Source of the DNA: a virus
Lineage: Duplodnaviria; Caudoviricetes
Length of the DNA: 64,000 bases
Strand: one strand, 5' to 3'
IMG/VR virus record: IMGVR_UViG_3300026493_000002
Shown here: in pieces, positions 43,687 to 53,083 of the stretch
Numbering within the stretch: the stretch's first letter is position 1
Layout: every line of letters starts with the position of its first letter
The notes under the pieces: model-generated
Told to the model about the DNA's origin: nothing
Seen by the model: the letters and a program-made list of their open reading frames with translations, nothing else
Databases searched by the model: none
Made by a program: the position numbers and the translations under genes

Positions 43687-45789
43687 TTACTGGGGAAGAC
43701 AGATGGTAAGCTGGCTGCCAGCCACGACGTTCAATGGCACAGACAGCTTACGGATTTCGTGGGTGAGCAATGCAGCCGTTGGTTCACTCAGGCCATCCGA
43801 GGCGCAGTTGATATCCAGCGTATCGGCGTCAGCTCCGACAAGGAACGGCAGCACCTTGAGTCCATAGAGACGACCCATCACGTGGGTGTAGGGCCCGTCG
43901 TACAGCACAGCATACGGATCCTGATACGGTATGGCAGTTGCAGCGTAGCCCGTCGTATTCCACGGGATGCTAGCCCACGGGTTACGAATCGTGTTGGAGT
44001 TCAGGTTGTTACCGTTCGTATTCCAACCGCTCTGATTGGACCATGTGCACGACGCCATCTGCTGGACAACTTCGGGCGTATGCACAGCACAGGCGCCGTA
44101 CATTGCAATGTCCAGAGAGCGTATGGCATTGGTACCAACAAGTCCGCCCATGGTACGAGTCAGCTTGCCGCCATTCGGCTTGTAGTGTCTCTGGAGTCCG
44201 AAGTCGTTCTGTGGCGTCATGCTGCCTTCATCGGCAACGCGAGTACCGAGAGCAACGTCGTAGTCCAAGAAGCAGAAGTACGGAGTGTTGACGCCAACCG
44301 CCTGATAGTCTTCGACGTCCAACGCGCACTCAATGTCGAACACGCCGAAAGCGCCAGTGGTAAGGCCAGCAGTTCCAGCCACACTGTTGCGCGTCGGAAC
44401 GAACGACAGCCAGCGGCCATTCGGATCAGCACTGATCTCCAACACCCGATCCGTAGGCGCGGTCGCAGTGTAGTTCAGCACGGACATGGTGTGATAGCTG
44501 GCAACAGGGTTGACCAAAGTGCCAGTATCGCGATCCATGCCTTCGGCAGTTCTGGCCCGCATGTTGAGGAACGGAAGCGGCGTGCCGTTGTTCGAGCCGT
44601 GAGACAACTCCAGGTACTTGCGAGCCGTGCCGTAAGCACACGGTGCACTGAACACCATGAGGGGACTGTCCGTGTAGGTGCCGCCGTTCCAGCCTGTCAT
44701 CGTCTGCACATCAGCGACAACGAGATTGCCACTACCGTCTCGGATACGACCTTTGGTGTTCTGCACTACGACATTTTGTCCGGTGAACGTCGGCGAGTTT
44801 TGGCGAACCAGTCGTTCATTGGTACCGTTCGTGACACGAATACCATAGCCGGTGACTTCACGGATTTCAGCAACCACGCCACTCACGGCAGGAGCCGAGG
44901 ACATGTAGCTGCCGTAGGTTACGCAGGTGTCATTCGCGCGCTGCACGAACACACAAGCTTCAAAACGCGTGGAGCTACAGTTGTCCCAGATCACGGCATC
45001 CTTGGCATCGGTGACTACCGACAGATCGGGGAGTGATCCGTAGGTGCGACCCCAGACAGCGATGGTGCCATTGGCCCGCACTGCAACGGCTGCAAACGGA
45101 CTACACGCGATCTTGACGAAGGTCCCAGTCGGAGCCTGACTGATAATGCCGTAGGCGTCGGTACCCCAGACCTTGATCTGGCCGTCGTTGGTCAACGCCA
45201 TCGCGAACGAGTGGCCGCACGCAACTTGCTTATAGTTGGCGTCCGTCGGCATGCCATACTTCACATCGTACAGCGGACTGCCGAAGTGTTCCAGTTTGCC
45301 GGTGCTATCCAGCGCGATGAAGTAGCCGCTGCCGGCATCAATGTCGACCCACGTACGGCCTGGAGTGGACGGTGCGTAGGGGTTGGCCATGTAGGACGTA
45401 CGCATCTTACCCCACGCGAACAGAGTCCCGTCGGTCTTGATGCACACGGCGAACGTGTCACCGGTCTTCAACTTCGATACAGTGTTAGCGACCGGGAGAT
45501 TGGCTGAGGCGGTCAGTTCCGCATTCACATACCCGCCGGCTACGGTCAATACCGCAGTCGGAGTAGACGGAATCGAGACGCTGTGGAAATACGGCAGCAT
45601 GTAGCCAGAGTACTGAGGCACGGACAGTTCGGTCTCAATGTCCGTAGCCGTCTCCAATCTCCATGCCCCGGTTCGTACCAAGATGCTTCGGATGTTCTGG
45701 AGCAGATTCGAGTTGAGCAGGTCACTGCCGTTGGCGAGATACGCCATCGAGTACGAGTTGTTGCCTCGCTTGGTGATGTTAACAGCCAT
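43687..45789 (-). CDS. Paralogue family member 2 with inserted RCC1/BLIP-II-like repeats
   Basis: GDTFAVCIKTDGTLFAWG, IDAGSGYFIALDSTG, VACGHSFAMALTNDGQIKVWG, IACSPFAAVAVRANGTIAVWG; C-terminal GRLYGLK. Confidence 0.75.
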   Translation of the reverse strand: MAVNITKRGNNSYSMAYLANGSDLLNSNLLQNIRSILVRTGAWRLETATDIETELSVPQYSGYMLPYFHSVSIPSTPTAVLTVAGGYVNAELTASANLPVANTVSKLKTGDTFAVCIKTDGTLFAWGKMRTSYMANPYAPSTPGRTWVDIDAGSGYFIALDSTGKLEHFGSPLYDVKYGMPTDANYKQVACGHSFAMALTNDGQIKVWGTDAYGIISQAPTGTFVKIACSPFAAVAVRANGTIAVWGRTYGSLPDLSVVTDAKDAVIWDNCSSTRFEACVFVQRANDTCVTYGSYMSSAPAVSGVVAEIREVTGYGIRVTNGTNERLVRQNSPTFTGQNVVVQNTKGRIRDGSGNLVVADVQTMTGWNGGTYTDSPLMVFSAPCAYGTARKYLELSHGSNNGTPLPFLNMRARTAEGMDRDTGTLVNPVASYHTMSVLNYTATAPTDRVLEISADPNGRWLSFVPTRNSVAGTAGLTTGAFGVFDIECALDVEDYQAVGVNTPYFCFLDYDVALGTRVADEGSMTPQNDFGLQRHYKPNGGKLTRTMGGLVGTNAIRSLDIAMYGACAVHTPEVVQQMASCTWSNQSGWNTNGNNLNSNTIRNPWASIPWNTTGYAATAIPYQDPYAVLYDGPYTHVMGRLYGLKVLPFLVGADADTLDINCASDGLSEPTAALLTHEIRKLSVPLNVVAGSQLTICLPQ

Positions 45790-45797
45790 ATCTCACC

Positions 45798-46958
45798 TCA
45801 AAGGGGTACTGCGATGCGGCTGTAGTTGGCCACACCAAGGACGATGTGCGGAACGGCAACACCGTCGCGCTTCGGGAAGAGAGTCGTGGGATCGCATTTC
45901 AGGTTCACGATGCTGCGGGGTTCACCGTAGTTCATCATGCACTGCTTGATGCCGTAGAAGCGCCCACGGATGTGAGGGTTGGTCTGGCCAGGAGTACCGC
46001 CATTGGCAGGAGAGTATCCGGCGCAGGCCACCAGCGGGAAGAACTGCGGGTGCTTGAACGCTGCCTGACTGGAGCCCTGAGCCGTGATAGCCGAGGCTGC
46101 GTCATGGAACGTGGCCATTACTCGGTAGCTACCGGCACTACTGCACGTTCTAGCCTGAACCACGCCCGGAGCCAAGTTCGCATTCATTGGAGTGGACGTG
46201 AAGGTACGGCCCGCCGCGTTATCGAACGTCGCAGAGCCATTCCAAGCCCGTGGCAACATGTAGGCATAGGCCTGCATTCGATAGGTGACGACCATGTCGA
46301 GATTGACAACCTGAGTGCCGATCTCCTCGAAGTCTCGGCTGTCAGCAGTCTGGCGACCCGTGATCGCGTATCCCGAGGTGTAGCAGAACGGAGGAAGATC
46401 CGGATCGAGGATGTTCGGATCCTCGAACTCCAGACAGCCTGACCATTCGCCAGAGTCACTGCCGTACTGGGTAGCGGTCTGGGCATTGAGGCGAATCTCG
46501 GACAGCAGGATGAACCAACGTGCGTGCGCGAACACATTGACAGCGCCCGGCCCATTGGGATTCAGCGGCTGATCCAGAGGATCTGTGGCAGCGCCTGGTC
46601 CGTAGCGATGGGTAATGAAAGAGTGGAGGCTGTTGATCCGCTGCGACTCGCCGCGAGCATTTGCCATCGTCAGGCTGCCGGCCGTTGCCTTCTCACCGAC
46701 TTCCATACGAATGCGGGCTTGGCCGCTGTCAGTCACCAGCGTGAGACGCACGTACTTCTGCTGGCTGGCGCCACGTGCCGTGTTGGCTTTGATGACGACC
46801 GAGTTTGCACTCAGGCCAGTGGCGGGGAAGTGACGCGTCCAGCCGATGTTCAAGCCGACCAGGTGATCGACCATGTCGCTCAGGAAAGTCGACAGGGCCT
46901 CAACGCCAGTTGCGTACTTGTATTTGTAGGAATTGGGTCCAAGCTGTTCGACCTGCAT
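45798..46958 (-). CDS. Putative fibre/virion protein, paralogue family member 1
   Basis: N-terminal QLGPNS, RGRFYGIK, C-terminal RIAVPL. Confidence 0.7.
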   Translation of the reverse strand: MQVEQLGPNSYKYKYATGVEALSTFLSDMVDHLVGLNIGWTRHFPATGLSANSVVIKANTARGASQQKYVRLTLVTDSGQARIRMEVGEKATAGSLTMANARGESQRINSLHSFITHRYGPGAATDPLDQPLNPNGPGAVNVFAHARWFILLSEIRLNAQTATQYGSDSGEWSGCLEFEDPNILDPDLPPFCYTSGYAITGRQTADSRDFEEIGTQVVNLDMVVTYRMQAYAYMLPRAWNGSATFDNAAGRTFTSTPMNANLAPGVVQARTCSSAGSYRVMATFHDAASAITAQGSSQAAFKHPQFFPLVACAGYSPANGGTPGQTNPHIRGRFYGIKQCMMNYGEPRSIVNLKCDPTTLFPKRDGVAVPHIVLGVANYSRIAVPL

Positions 46959-47094
46959 TGCATTTTCCTTCTAAGTTTGTGCGGTCAACTGCACCTGTAC
47001 TTGTCCGACGCGTGCCGAAGAGACAGCACCAGGGATACGAGAGCGGGCAGAAAGACCCCTATCCAAGTAGATAGCGTCCTGCTGCCCTTGCTCC

Positions 47095-47104
47095 AAATTA
47101 CGAA
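47095..47104 (-). promoter_or_regulatory. Candidate late-promoter motif TTCGTAATTT
   Basis: Intergenic, downstream of a terminator, upstream of the paralogue operon. Confidence 0.55.
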
Positions 47105-47140
47105 CGTGCTAGCCTGACAACAGGTGTTTCCGAAACGACG

Positions 47141-47170
47141 AAAGGGCGGAGCCCGCTAGGAGCCCCGCCC
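47141..47170 (-). terminator. Intrinsic terminator (minus-strand specific, one G-U pair)
   Basis: Minus RNA gggcggggc-uccuagcgg-gcuccgccc-uuu. Confidence 0.7.
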
Positions 47171-47178
47171 TCAATAGG

Positions 47179-49218
47179 TCAGATTTCGACCTTTTGCCCG
47201 AGATAGCACGGGGTGAAGATGCCCGTACTGACCGTGTCGGCATAGAAGCACGGCACCAGCCAATGTGGATCAACGGTCGCAACCGGAGGAGCATCAACCA
47301 ACTGACCGGGCTGCGTCGGACTCAGGTAGTACAGCTTACCCGGAGTCAGGCCCTTGCGAACTCGCGTGATGCGGCCCGAAGTCATCTGCACCAAGCACAG
47401 CGAGGACGAATGCACGACGCTGACCACACCGATTGCACGCGCCAGCTGTTCGTCACTGGCGTTTGCCAACACCCAGCCACCGGACTGCGGCACCACGATA
47501 TCGCCGACAGTGAAGCCGTGATTCGGCAGGTTGATGTACTGAACCTGCGAGCCGTTGATGGCGTCGAAGTGGTTGGTCTTCACTCGCACCAGCAGACCGT
47601 CCTTGTCCACGAAGTACAGGCGATCCGTCACGGTACTGTAGGCGAAGCGACCCGCGCCGATTGCATCCTTGAGCGATTCGCCGTCATCACGTTCGGTGGT
47701 GTCGGTCGAGGCGTCGTAGATGTAGAAGCTGTTGTCACGGGTGTCGTAGTACAGGATCTCGTTCGCCTCGAACACCATCTTGGAGAAGGTGGCATCGTTC
47801 TGCGAATGGGCCGACACACCGATGCGGCACGGCTTGTCGAACAGGGCTTCCACGATCGGGTTGTCTGCGAGGTCGAACTCCAGACGGGTCGCCGGATCAA
47901 CACCGTTGTCCACGTCCGGATCAGGCAGAGTAGCACCCAACTGAGACGTGCTGATGCGGATCGTGGAGCTCTGACGTTCGATGAACAGACGGGCCTTCTG
48001 ACCGGTCCAACCTGTGGAGGTCGTGTTCGTGACGTTCGCACTGCCGTTGACCAACACCTGAGCATTGGTCTGACCGTAGTTGTAGACCAGTGCCCAGCTG
48101 TAACCCGGCACCGAACCCACAGCGCGCGCTGCACGAATGGCACTCAGCGTATGCTCCACGCCCATGTCATCAACCGCGAAGGCGACGACCACACCGATTG
48201 CGTCATCATCCGCATCCGAGGAAGACAGTTCGACGGTCAGGTCGTAGTTGTCGTACAACGCAGGCGACACGAAGCCGATGTAGGACGTGCTGTTGACGGT
48301 CGACTTGATGACGTCCAGTGCGGAATCGTACACCCAACTGTTCAACTCGGCGGGAACTGCCGGCTGGGGCAACGAGGCCTGATGGGAGAAGCGACGCCAC
48401 GCGGAGAACACCGTGGAGAAGTCGAATGCAGCACTGGACTTCAACAGAGCCACGTCGTAGTTGCTTTCAACCACGTCGTACGGCTTGGCGATCATATCGA
48501 AGGTCACTTCCGTGTCGGACCCGTCGATGGAGTACATGACGCGGCCACTCAGACCACCGGTCGACAACTCACCGGGATCACCCTTCTCACCACGCGGGCC
48601 TTCGGGACCTTGCGGGCCAGTCGGGCCATCAAGGCCGGGCAGACCTTGCAGGCCGCGTTCACCCTGGGGACCCTGTGGGCCAGCGGGGCCAGCAGGACCG
48701 GCGGGCCCTTGCGAGCCACCGCCACCGTTCGGACCCTGGGGACCCTGTGGGCCAAGATCACCCTTGTCACCCTTATCGCCCTTGTCACCCTTGATGCCCT
48801 GATCGCCCTTCGGACCAGCGGGGCCGTTCGGACCCTGCGGACCAATCGGGCCTTGCGGGCCTTCGGGACCAGGAGGACCGATCGGCCCCTGATCACCGAC
48901 AGGCAGCAGATAGACCTGCGGGTACATCCACAGATCGTCGTAGGTCACCACTTCTTCCCACGTGCCGATGCCCTGATTGGTGAAGCTCATGGCACGGAAC
49001 ACTTTGCGATACGTGGGAGACTCGGGGCCGAAATCGACCCAGAGTCCGTACTGCGGTACCAGCAAGCTGGTGGGTTTCGTGTGCGCAGCCAGCACGAGGA
49101 ACTCAGCTGCCGACACCGGATGGCTCACGCGGATCGCAACAGGATTGAACTGATCCATGTTGCGAAGGTCGCTGAGCGTCTCAATGCCGTCGACGAATTC
49201 GTCTAGGGTAGTTGCCAT
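47179..49218 (-). CDS. Collagen-containing tail fibre with ConA/laminin-G-like lectin domain
   Basis: [13 protein letters not shown]... Gly-X-Y tract (~48580-48890); [15 protein letters not shown] lectin-like motif; N-module shared with 16614 and 17345. Confidence 0.8.
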   Translation of the reverse strand: MATTLDEFVDGIETLSDLRNMDQFNPVAIRVSHPVSAAEFLVLAAHTKPTSLLVPQYGLWVDFGPESPTYRKVFRAMSFTNQGIGTWEEVVTYDDLWMYPQVYLLPVGDQGPIGPPGPEGPQGPIGPQGPNGPAGPKGDQGIKGDKGDKGDKGDLGPQGPQGPNGGGGSQGPAGPAGPAGPQGPQGERGLQGLPGLDGPTGPQGPEGPRGEKGDPGELSTGGLSGRVMYSIDGSDTEVTFDMIAKPYDVVESNYDVALLKSSAAFDFSTVFSAWRRFSHQASLPQPAVPAELNSWVYDSALDVIKSTVNSTSYIGFVSPALYDNYDLTVELSSSDADDDAIGVVVAFAVDDMGVEHTLSAIRAARAVGSVPGYSWALVYNYGQTNAQVLVNGSANVTNTTSTGWTGQKARLFIERQSSTIRISTSQLGATLPDPDVDNGVDPATRLEFDLADNPIVEALFDKPCRIGVSAHSQNDATFSKMVFEANEILYYDTRDNSFYIYDASTDTTERDDGESLKDAIGAGRFAYSTVTDRLYFVDKDGLLVRVKTNHFDAINGSQVQYINLPNHGFTVGDIVVPQSGGWVLANASDEQLARAIGVVSVVHSSSLCLVQMTSGRITRVRKGLTPGKLYYLSPTQPGQLVDAPPVATVDPHWLVPCFYADTVSTGIFTPCYLGQKVEI

Positions 49219-49233
49219 TGTACGGATCCTTGA

Positions 49234-52200
49234 TTACCAACCGAAAGCAACCCAGTGTGCACCGCGCCAGTTGGACGACGCGCGGCCGGGCTCATTGACG
49301 TAGATGCGGAAACTCACGTTCGACGGTGCGGCAAGAACCTGACCGACGGCATCGTGGTTGTCACGCTGATCGGGGTTGATATCCGACAGGATGACAGTGG
49401 CACACGCCGACGGGAAGTTGACCGGGAACGGCACGGTGATGATCGAGCCTTCACCCATGTTGGTACCAGTCGTCCAGCGACCACCCTGGATGTGGAACGG
49501 ACCGATGCGAGCCCACCATGCGTTGACGTTCGTGAAGTTGCCGTCAATGCCGATCATGGACATATCAATGCCAAGGTTCGCACGCGCAGCAGCCTTGTCG
49601 GGCACGTCAGCCAGATTCAGTGCGGCACGCAGGAAGGCACCAGCGTTCTCCAGTGCGGCAGTACCGATGCCGAGGTTCGCACGCGCTGCGCCCTTGTCGG
49701 GCACGTCAGCGAGGTTCATGTTCTTGAACAGCACGTTGCTGGCCAGCTGGTTCAGCAGGTCGGTAATGCCCAGGTTGTTACGTGCAGCAGCCTTGTCGGG
49801 CACGTCAGCCAGATTCAGCACCCTCTGGAGGTAGCGAGCGTTCAGTGCCGCTTCGCCGAGACCCAGATTCTGTCGTGCAGCTTCGACGTCCGTCAGGTCA
49901 CTCAGGTTGTTGGTCGACTTGAGATAACCGGCGAGGATCGCGTCCAGATCGGCACGCAGCACCAGTCGCGTCTGCGGAGTACGGGTGACGAAGTGGGTGA
50001 TCTGCAGGTCCAGTCCAATCAGCGAAGCATCGGGCGTGTTGACGAACTCCAGGAACGAGAACAGGTTCTGATTGAGCAGCCCGAAAATGTCCCAGCTGAT
50101 GATGCGTGCAGTGGTCGCAGCCACCATGTCCAACTTGTCGTCCAGGATGCCACGCATGGCGTACGTCTTGGCGGTCGAAATCGGATGGATGATGCTGTAG
50201 GCCTTGACCTGCTTACCCAGCTCGTTCGCGTCCTCGTAGGTCCAGAGATACACTTCCTTGCCGGCCGGGATCTGCGTCGGGAAGTTCAGCACGCCATTGG
50301 CAGCCGAGTACGAATGAGCATTGGTCGGGATGAACTCACCGTCGACCATCACGATGCGCGAATCAGGGTTAGCCGATTGGTGCATGTTGAAGGCGTTCTG
50401 GCCAGTGGACACGAAGCGCGTGGCCTTGGGACGAGCCGACGTACCCGGATGGTCGATGGACGTGAAGCAGATGACTTCGACGCGCTCACCACCAGTCAAC
50501 GTCTCATGCGGCCAGATGTTCATGCCGTCATAGACGAACTCGGTGTTGTGGATGATCTTCTCATTCACAGCCACGATCAGGTGCGAGATATCCGGCACCG
50601 GAGTGATTGGGAAGCTCGGCTGGCCCGAAGCGGTGAACGTGTGACGACGCGGGATCAGCTTGTTGGGCATACCCATCGCACCAGCGGGATCAACCCACTG
50701 CGGGCCAGTGTCACGACCCACACGCGACTGCACGACTTCGGTGTTCTCGGCCGTGAAGTTCAGCACGTCAACCACGGTGCTATTCAAGCCAGCACGCATG
50801 ATGACGCGACGGCCCTGAATGCGGTAGCGAGCGCGAGGCAGGTACTTGCCGCCGACGAACACCAGCACGTTGCGCGGGCCGGAGATATCGGCACTGGACT
50901 CGAACTCGATACGGTTGGCACCAGCTGCGACCGGGAAGCTATCGCGTGCCATCGAGCCGCGAATGTCGTCCGAGAAGGTGTTGCCACACACCAGCACGTA
51001 CACGTCACCGCTCTGGGGCTGACGGCCGGCGGTGAAGATCACCTTGGCGCCAACGAGGGTGTAGTCGTCGCTGGGCACAACCGTATCGGCGGCGATGACC
51101 ATGACCTTCGCCTTGGTATCAGCCACCATCGGCGTGTTGTACTCCAGCTGGCCAGTAGCCTTGTACTGCGCTTCCTGGAACGACAGCTGGGCGCCAGTGT
51201 CTTCGCGCTTGAAGCCCCACAGGCTGATGCGAGTCGTGGACGATGCACCGCCGATGATGCGAAGCACTTGGCCGCTGATCGAATACTGACCCGGAGCCAG
51301 GATGTTGTCGCCGACGCTGACGATCAGAGCCTCAGCAGACTCCAGCTCGGACAGCGGGAAGGTACCCGGCAGGTTGTACGTCTCGCCGTTGTTGCCCATC
51401 ATCGCGTGCTGATGCGGCTGCAAATGCGTTGCGCTCAACGTCGAGGTGGTGACCGAGTAGTTGTTCTCGCCGACGCCCAGTACCATGTAGTCCGGCAGGC
51501 CAGCGTTACGTGCCGGCAGCGAACTCTCATGCGAACGCCAGATGTGGACGTAGGAGTCCTGATTCATGGACGAGAACGGCTGGTCGATCACGGTGAAGCG
51601 ATTGGCCGTTGCGTTGTACTGCATCTTGCGGCTTTCACCAGCGCCTGCGCCGGACAGGATCTGCACGATGACGACTTCGCCATCGGTGAGCCACACGCCA
51701 TTCGCGGCCACGTCCAGATTGAACGCGCTCAGCGAAGTGACCACGTCGGGCTTGCCGATATGGACACGGGCGTGACCGGTGAAGCCCCACGCAGTGCCGC
51801 CCGGACCGTGCTTGATCGCCAGTGCAGGACTGGAGGAGGTGCGAGGCATACCGCTCAGCACTTCATCCTCGTGGGTGTTCGCGTCCATGACGACGACCAC
51901 GTTCTGCATCGAGTCCGTGGGGTTGAGCAGGGTGGACACGCTGGCCGCACTCGGAAGCGAGTACAGATCCGACGTGGTGATGTTGATGACTTCGCCGAGA
52001 CGTGCCAAGGACACGTACACGTAGAACTTGAGGCCGTACTCCGAGGTCTTCGGGAACGGCGGCAGATCACCATGAGCGAACAGGACGCCGTTGGCATCCC
52101 ACACGCCGATTTCGCCGACGTTCCACTGGCCGTCAGCAGGACGACCCTTGGGAATGTGGCAAGTCAGACGGACGGTGTTCTTGTCGATAGCTTCGACACC

Positions 52201-52368
52201 GAGGATGGTAGCGCGATAGACTTCCGCGCCGACGAGTTCCGTACGATCAGCCCGCACCTCGAAGCCAGTGGCCTCGGTGATGGAGAATTCCTTGAGACTG
52301 ACGAGGAATCCGCCAACACGCGCGTCTCGCGCTGCGGCAATACCCAAGTCGGTTGCAATCATGGTCAT
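49234..52368 (-). CDS. Baseplate-attached long tail fibre (tail-collar-type N-terminus, internal beta repeats, gp53-like C-terminal tip)
   Basis: MIATDLGIAA...VGEIGVWDANGVLFAHG N-terminus; NLADVPDK.AAR.NLG repeats; C-terminal IQGG...V.FPV.FP..C..V..S...W.A.G. Confidence 0.85.
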   Translation of the reverse strand: MTMIATDLGIAAARDARVGGFLVSLKEFSITEATGFEVRADRTELVGAEVYRATILGVEAIDKNTVRLTCHIPKGRPADGQWNVGEIGVWDANGVLFAHGDLPPFPKTSEYGLKFYVYVSLARLGEVINITTSDLYSLPSAASVSTLLNPTDSMQNVVVVMDANTHEDEVLSGMPRTSSSPALAIKHGPGGTAWGFTGHARVHIGKPDVVTSLSAFNLDVAANGVWLTDGEVVIVQILSGAGAGESRKMQYNATANRFTVIDQPFSSMNQDSYVHIWRSHESSLPARNAGLPDYMVLGVGENNYSVTTSTLSATHLQPHQHAMMGNNGETYNLPGTFPLSELESAEALIVSVGDNILAPGQYSISGQVLRIIGGASSTTRISLWGFKREDTGAQLSFQEAQYKATGQLEYNTPMVADTKAKVMVIAADTVVPSDDYTLVGAKVIFTAGRQPQSGDVYVLVCGNTFSDDIRGSMARDSFPVAAGANRIEFESSADISGPRNVLVFVGGKYLPRARYRIQGRRVIMRAGLNSTVVDVLNFTAENTEVVQSRVGRDTGPQWVDPAGAMGMPNKLIPRRHTFTASGQPSFPITPVPDISHLIVAVNEKIIHNTEFVYDGMNIWPHETLTGGERVEVICFTSIDHPGTSARPKATRFVSTGQNAFNMHQSANPDSRIVMVDGEFIPTNAHSYSAANGVLNFPTQIPAGKEVYLWTYEDANELGKQVKAYSIIHPISTAKTYAMRGILDDKLDMVAATTARIISWDIFGLLNQNLFSFLEFVNTPDASLIGLDLQITHFVTRTPQTRLVLRADLDAILAGYLKSTNNLSDLTDVEAARQNLGLGEAALNARYLQRVLNLADVPDKAAARNNLGITDLLNQLASNVLFKNMNLADVPDKGAARANLGIGTAALENAGAFLRAALNLADVPDKAAARANLGIDMSMIGIDGNFTNVNAWWARIGPFHIQGGRWTTGTNMGEGSIITVPFPVNFPSACATVILSDINPDQRDNHDAVGQVLAAPSNVSFRIYVNEPGRASSNWRGAHWVAFGW
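49570..49915 (-). repeat. Four tandem NL.D..D..AAR.NLG units (99-nt period for three)
   Basis: cttgtcgggcacgtcagc begins at 49594, 49693 and 49792; a degenerate fourth unit lies near 49880. Confidence 0.85.
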
Positions 52369-52401
52369 GGTGATGATTCCTTGGCGAAGCGATATGTTGA
52401 A

Positions 52402-53076
52402 TCAGGTCAGGGTGATTTCGTACTCACCGTGATGGAAGGCGGCGCCGATGCCGAAAGCCGAGCCACCAACCCAGTCCTTGTCGTCAATGATGATCGTGAA
52501 ATAGAAACGCTCGATCACCAGCGGGACAGGTGCAAAGTTGTGGAACAGGGCCTTGACACGGGTGAATAGGGATTCGCCGTCAGCCAGCAGCAGAGAGTCA
52601 AGATGCAGCAGACCGATGTTCAGTTCAATGTGGGTCGTGAGGAACCAATCGCCGCCGTCGATGACAAGCGGGCCATTGGGTTGCTCCACGAAGTCCGCAT
52701 AGTCCTTGGTGTAGAGATACCGAACGTCGGTCACGGCGTTCAGGATCATATCAACGAAGTTGACGAAGTACTTGGTGCTGTTGTGGTCCGGATAGTGCGG
52801 CAGCTGGGTAACGATCTTGGTCAGGTTCTCCGCGTTGAGGTACAACACGTCCTGCGTCAGATCGAAGCCCAGCATACGAGCCGCCTGCTCCAGCACCTTC
52901 GGGTCGGTATCACGTCGGATCCAACGCAGCTTAGCCAGCTGGTCGATCGGATCCTCAACGTTCACCTGGAACACCTCAGCAACGGCGGAAGCGAAGTCCC
53001 GCCACGTGCTGTTCTCTTTCAGGATGTTGGTGAAGAGGTCCTTGATGCTCGCGCGTTGAATGTCATCGAGTGCCAT
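52402..53076 (-). CDS. Baseplate wedge protein (P2 gpI-like)
   Basis: IDQLAKLRWI..TDPKVLEQAARMLGF; position next to the wedge gene. Confidence 0.65.
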   Translation of the reverse strand: MALDDIQRASIKDLFTNILKENSTWRDFASAVAEVFQVNVEDPIDQLAKLRWIRRDTDPKVLEQAARMLGFDLTQDVLYLNAENLTKIVTQLPHYPDHNSTKYFVNFVDMILNAVTDVRYLYTKDYADFVEQPNGPLVIDGGDWFLTTHIELNIGLLHLDSLLLADGESLFTRVKALFHNFAPVPLVIERFYFTIIIDDKDWVGGSAFGIGAAFHHGEYEITLT

Positions 53077-53083
53077 GGAGTCC

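Noticed and set aside
38280-52368. Diversity-generating retroelement acting on fibre tips
   Set aside because: No reverse transcriptase and no near-identical TR/VR pair differing at adenines was noticed; paralogues are diverged throughout.
8643-52569. Very long antisense ORFs (e.g. 8643-10367, 23035-27774, 31975-34848, 49255-52569)
   Set aside because: They shadow genes with clear motifs on the opposite strand; high GC3 codon bias removes antisense stops, and the translations have no recognisable motifs.
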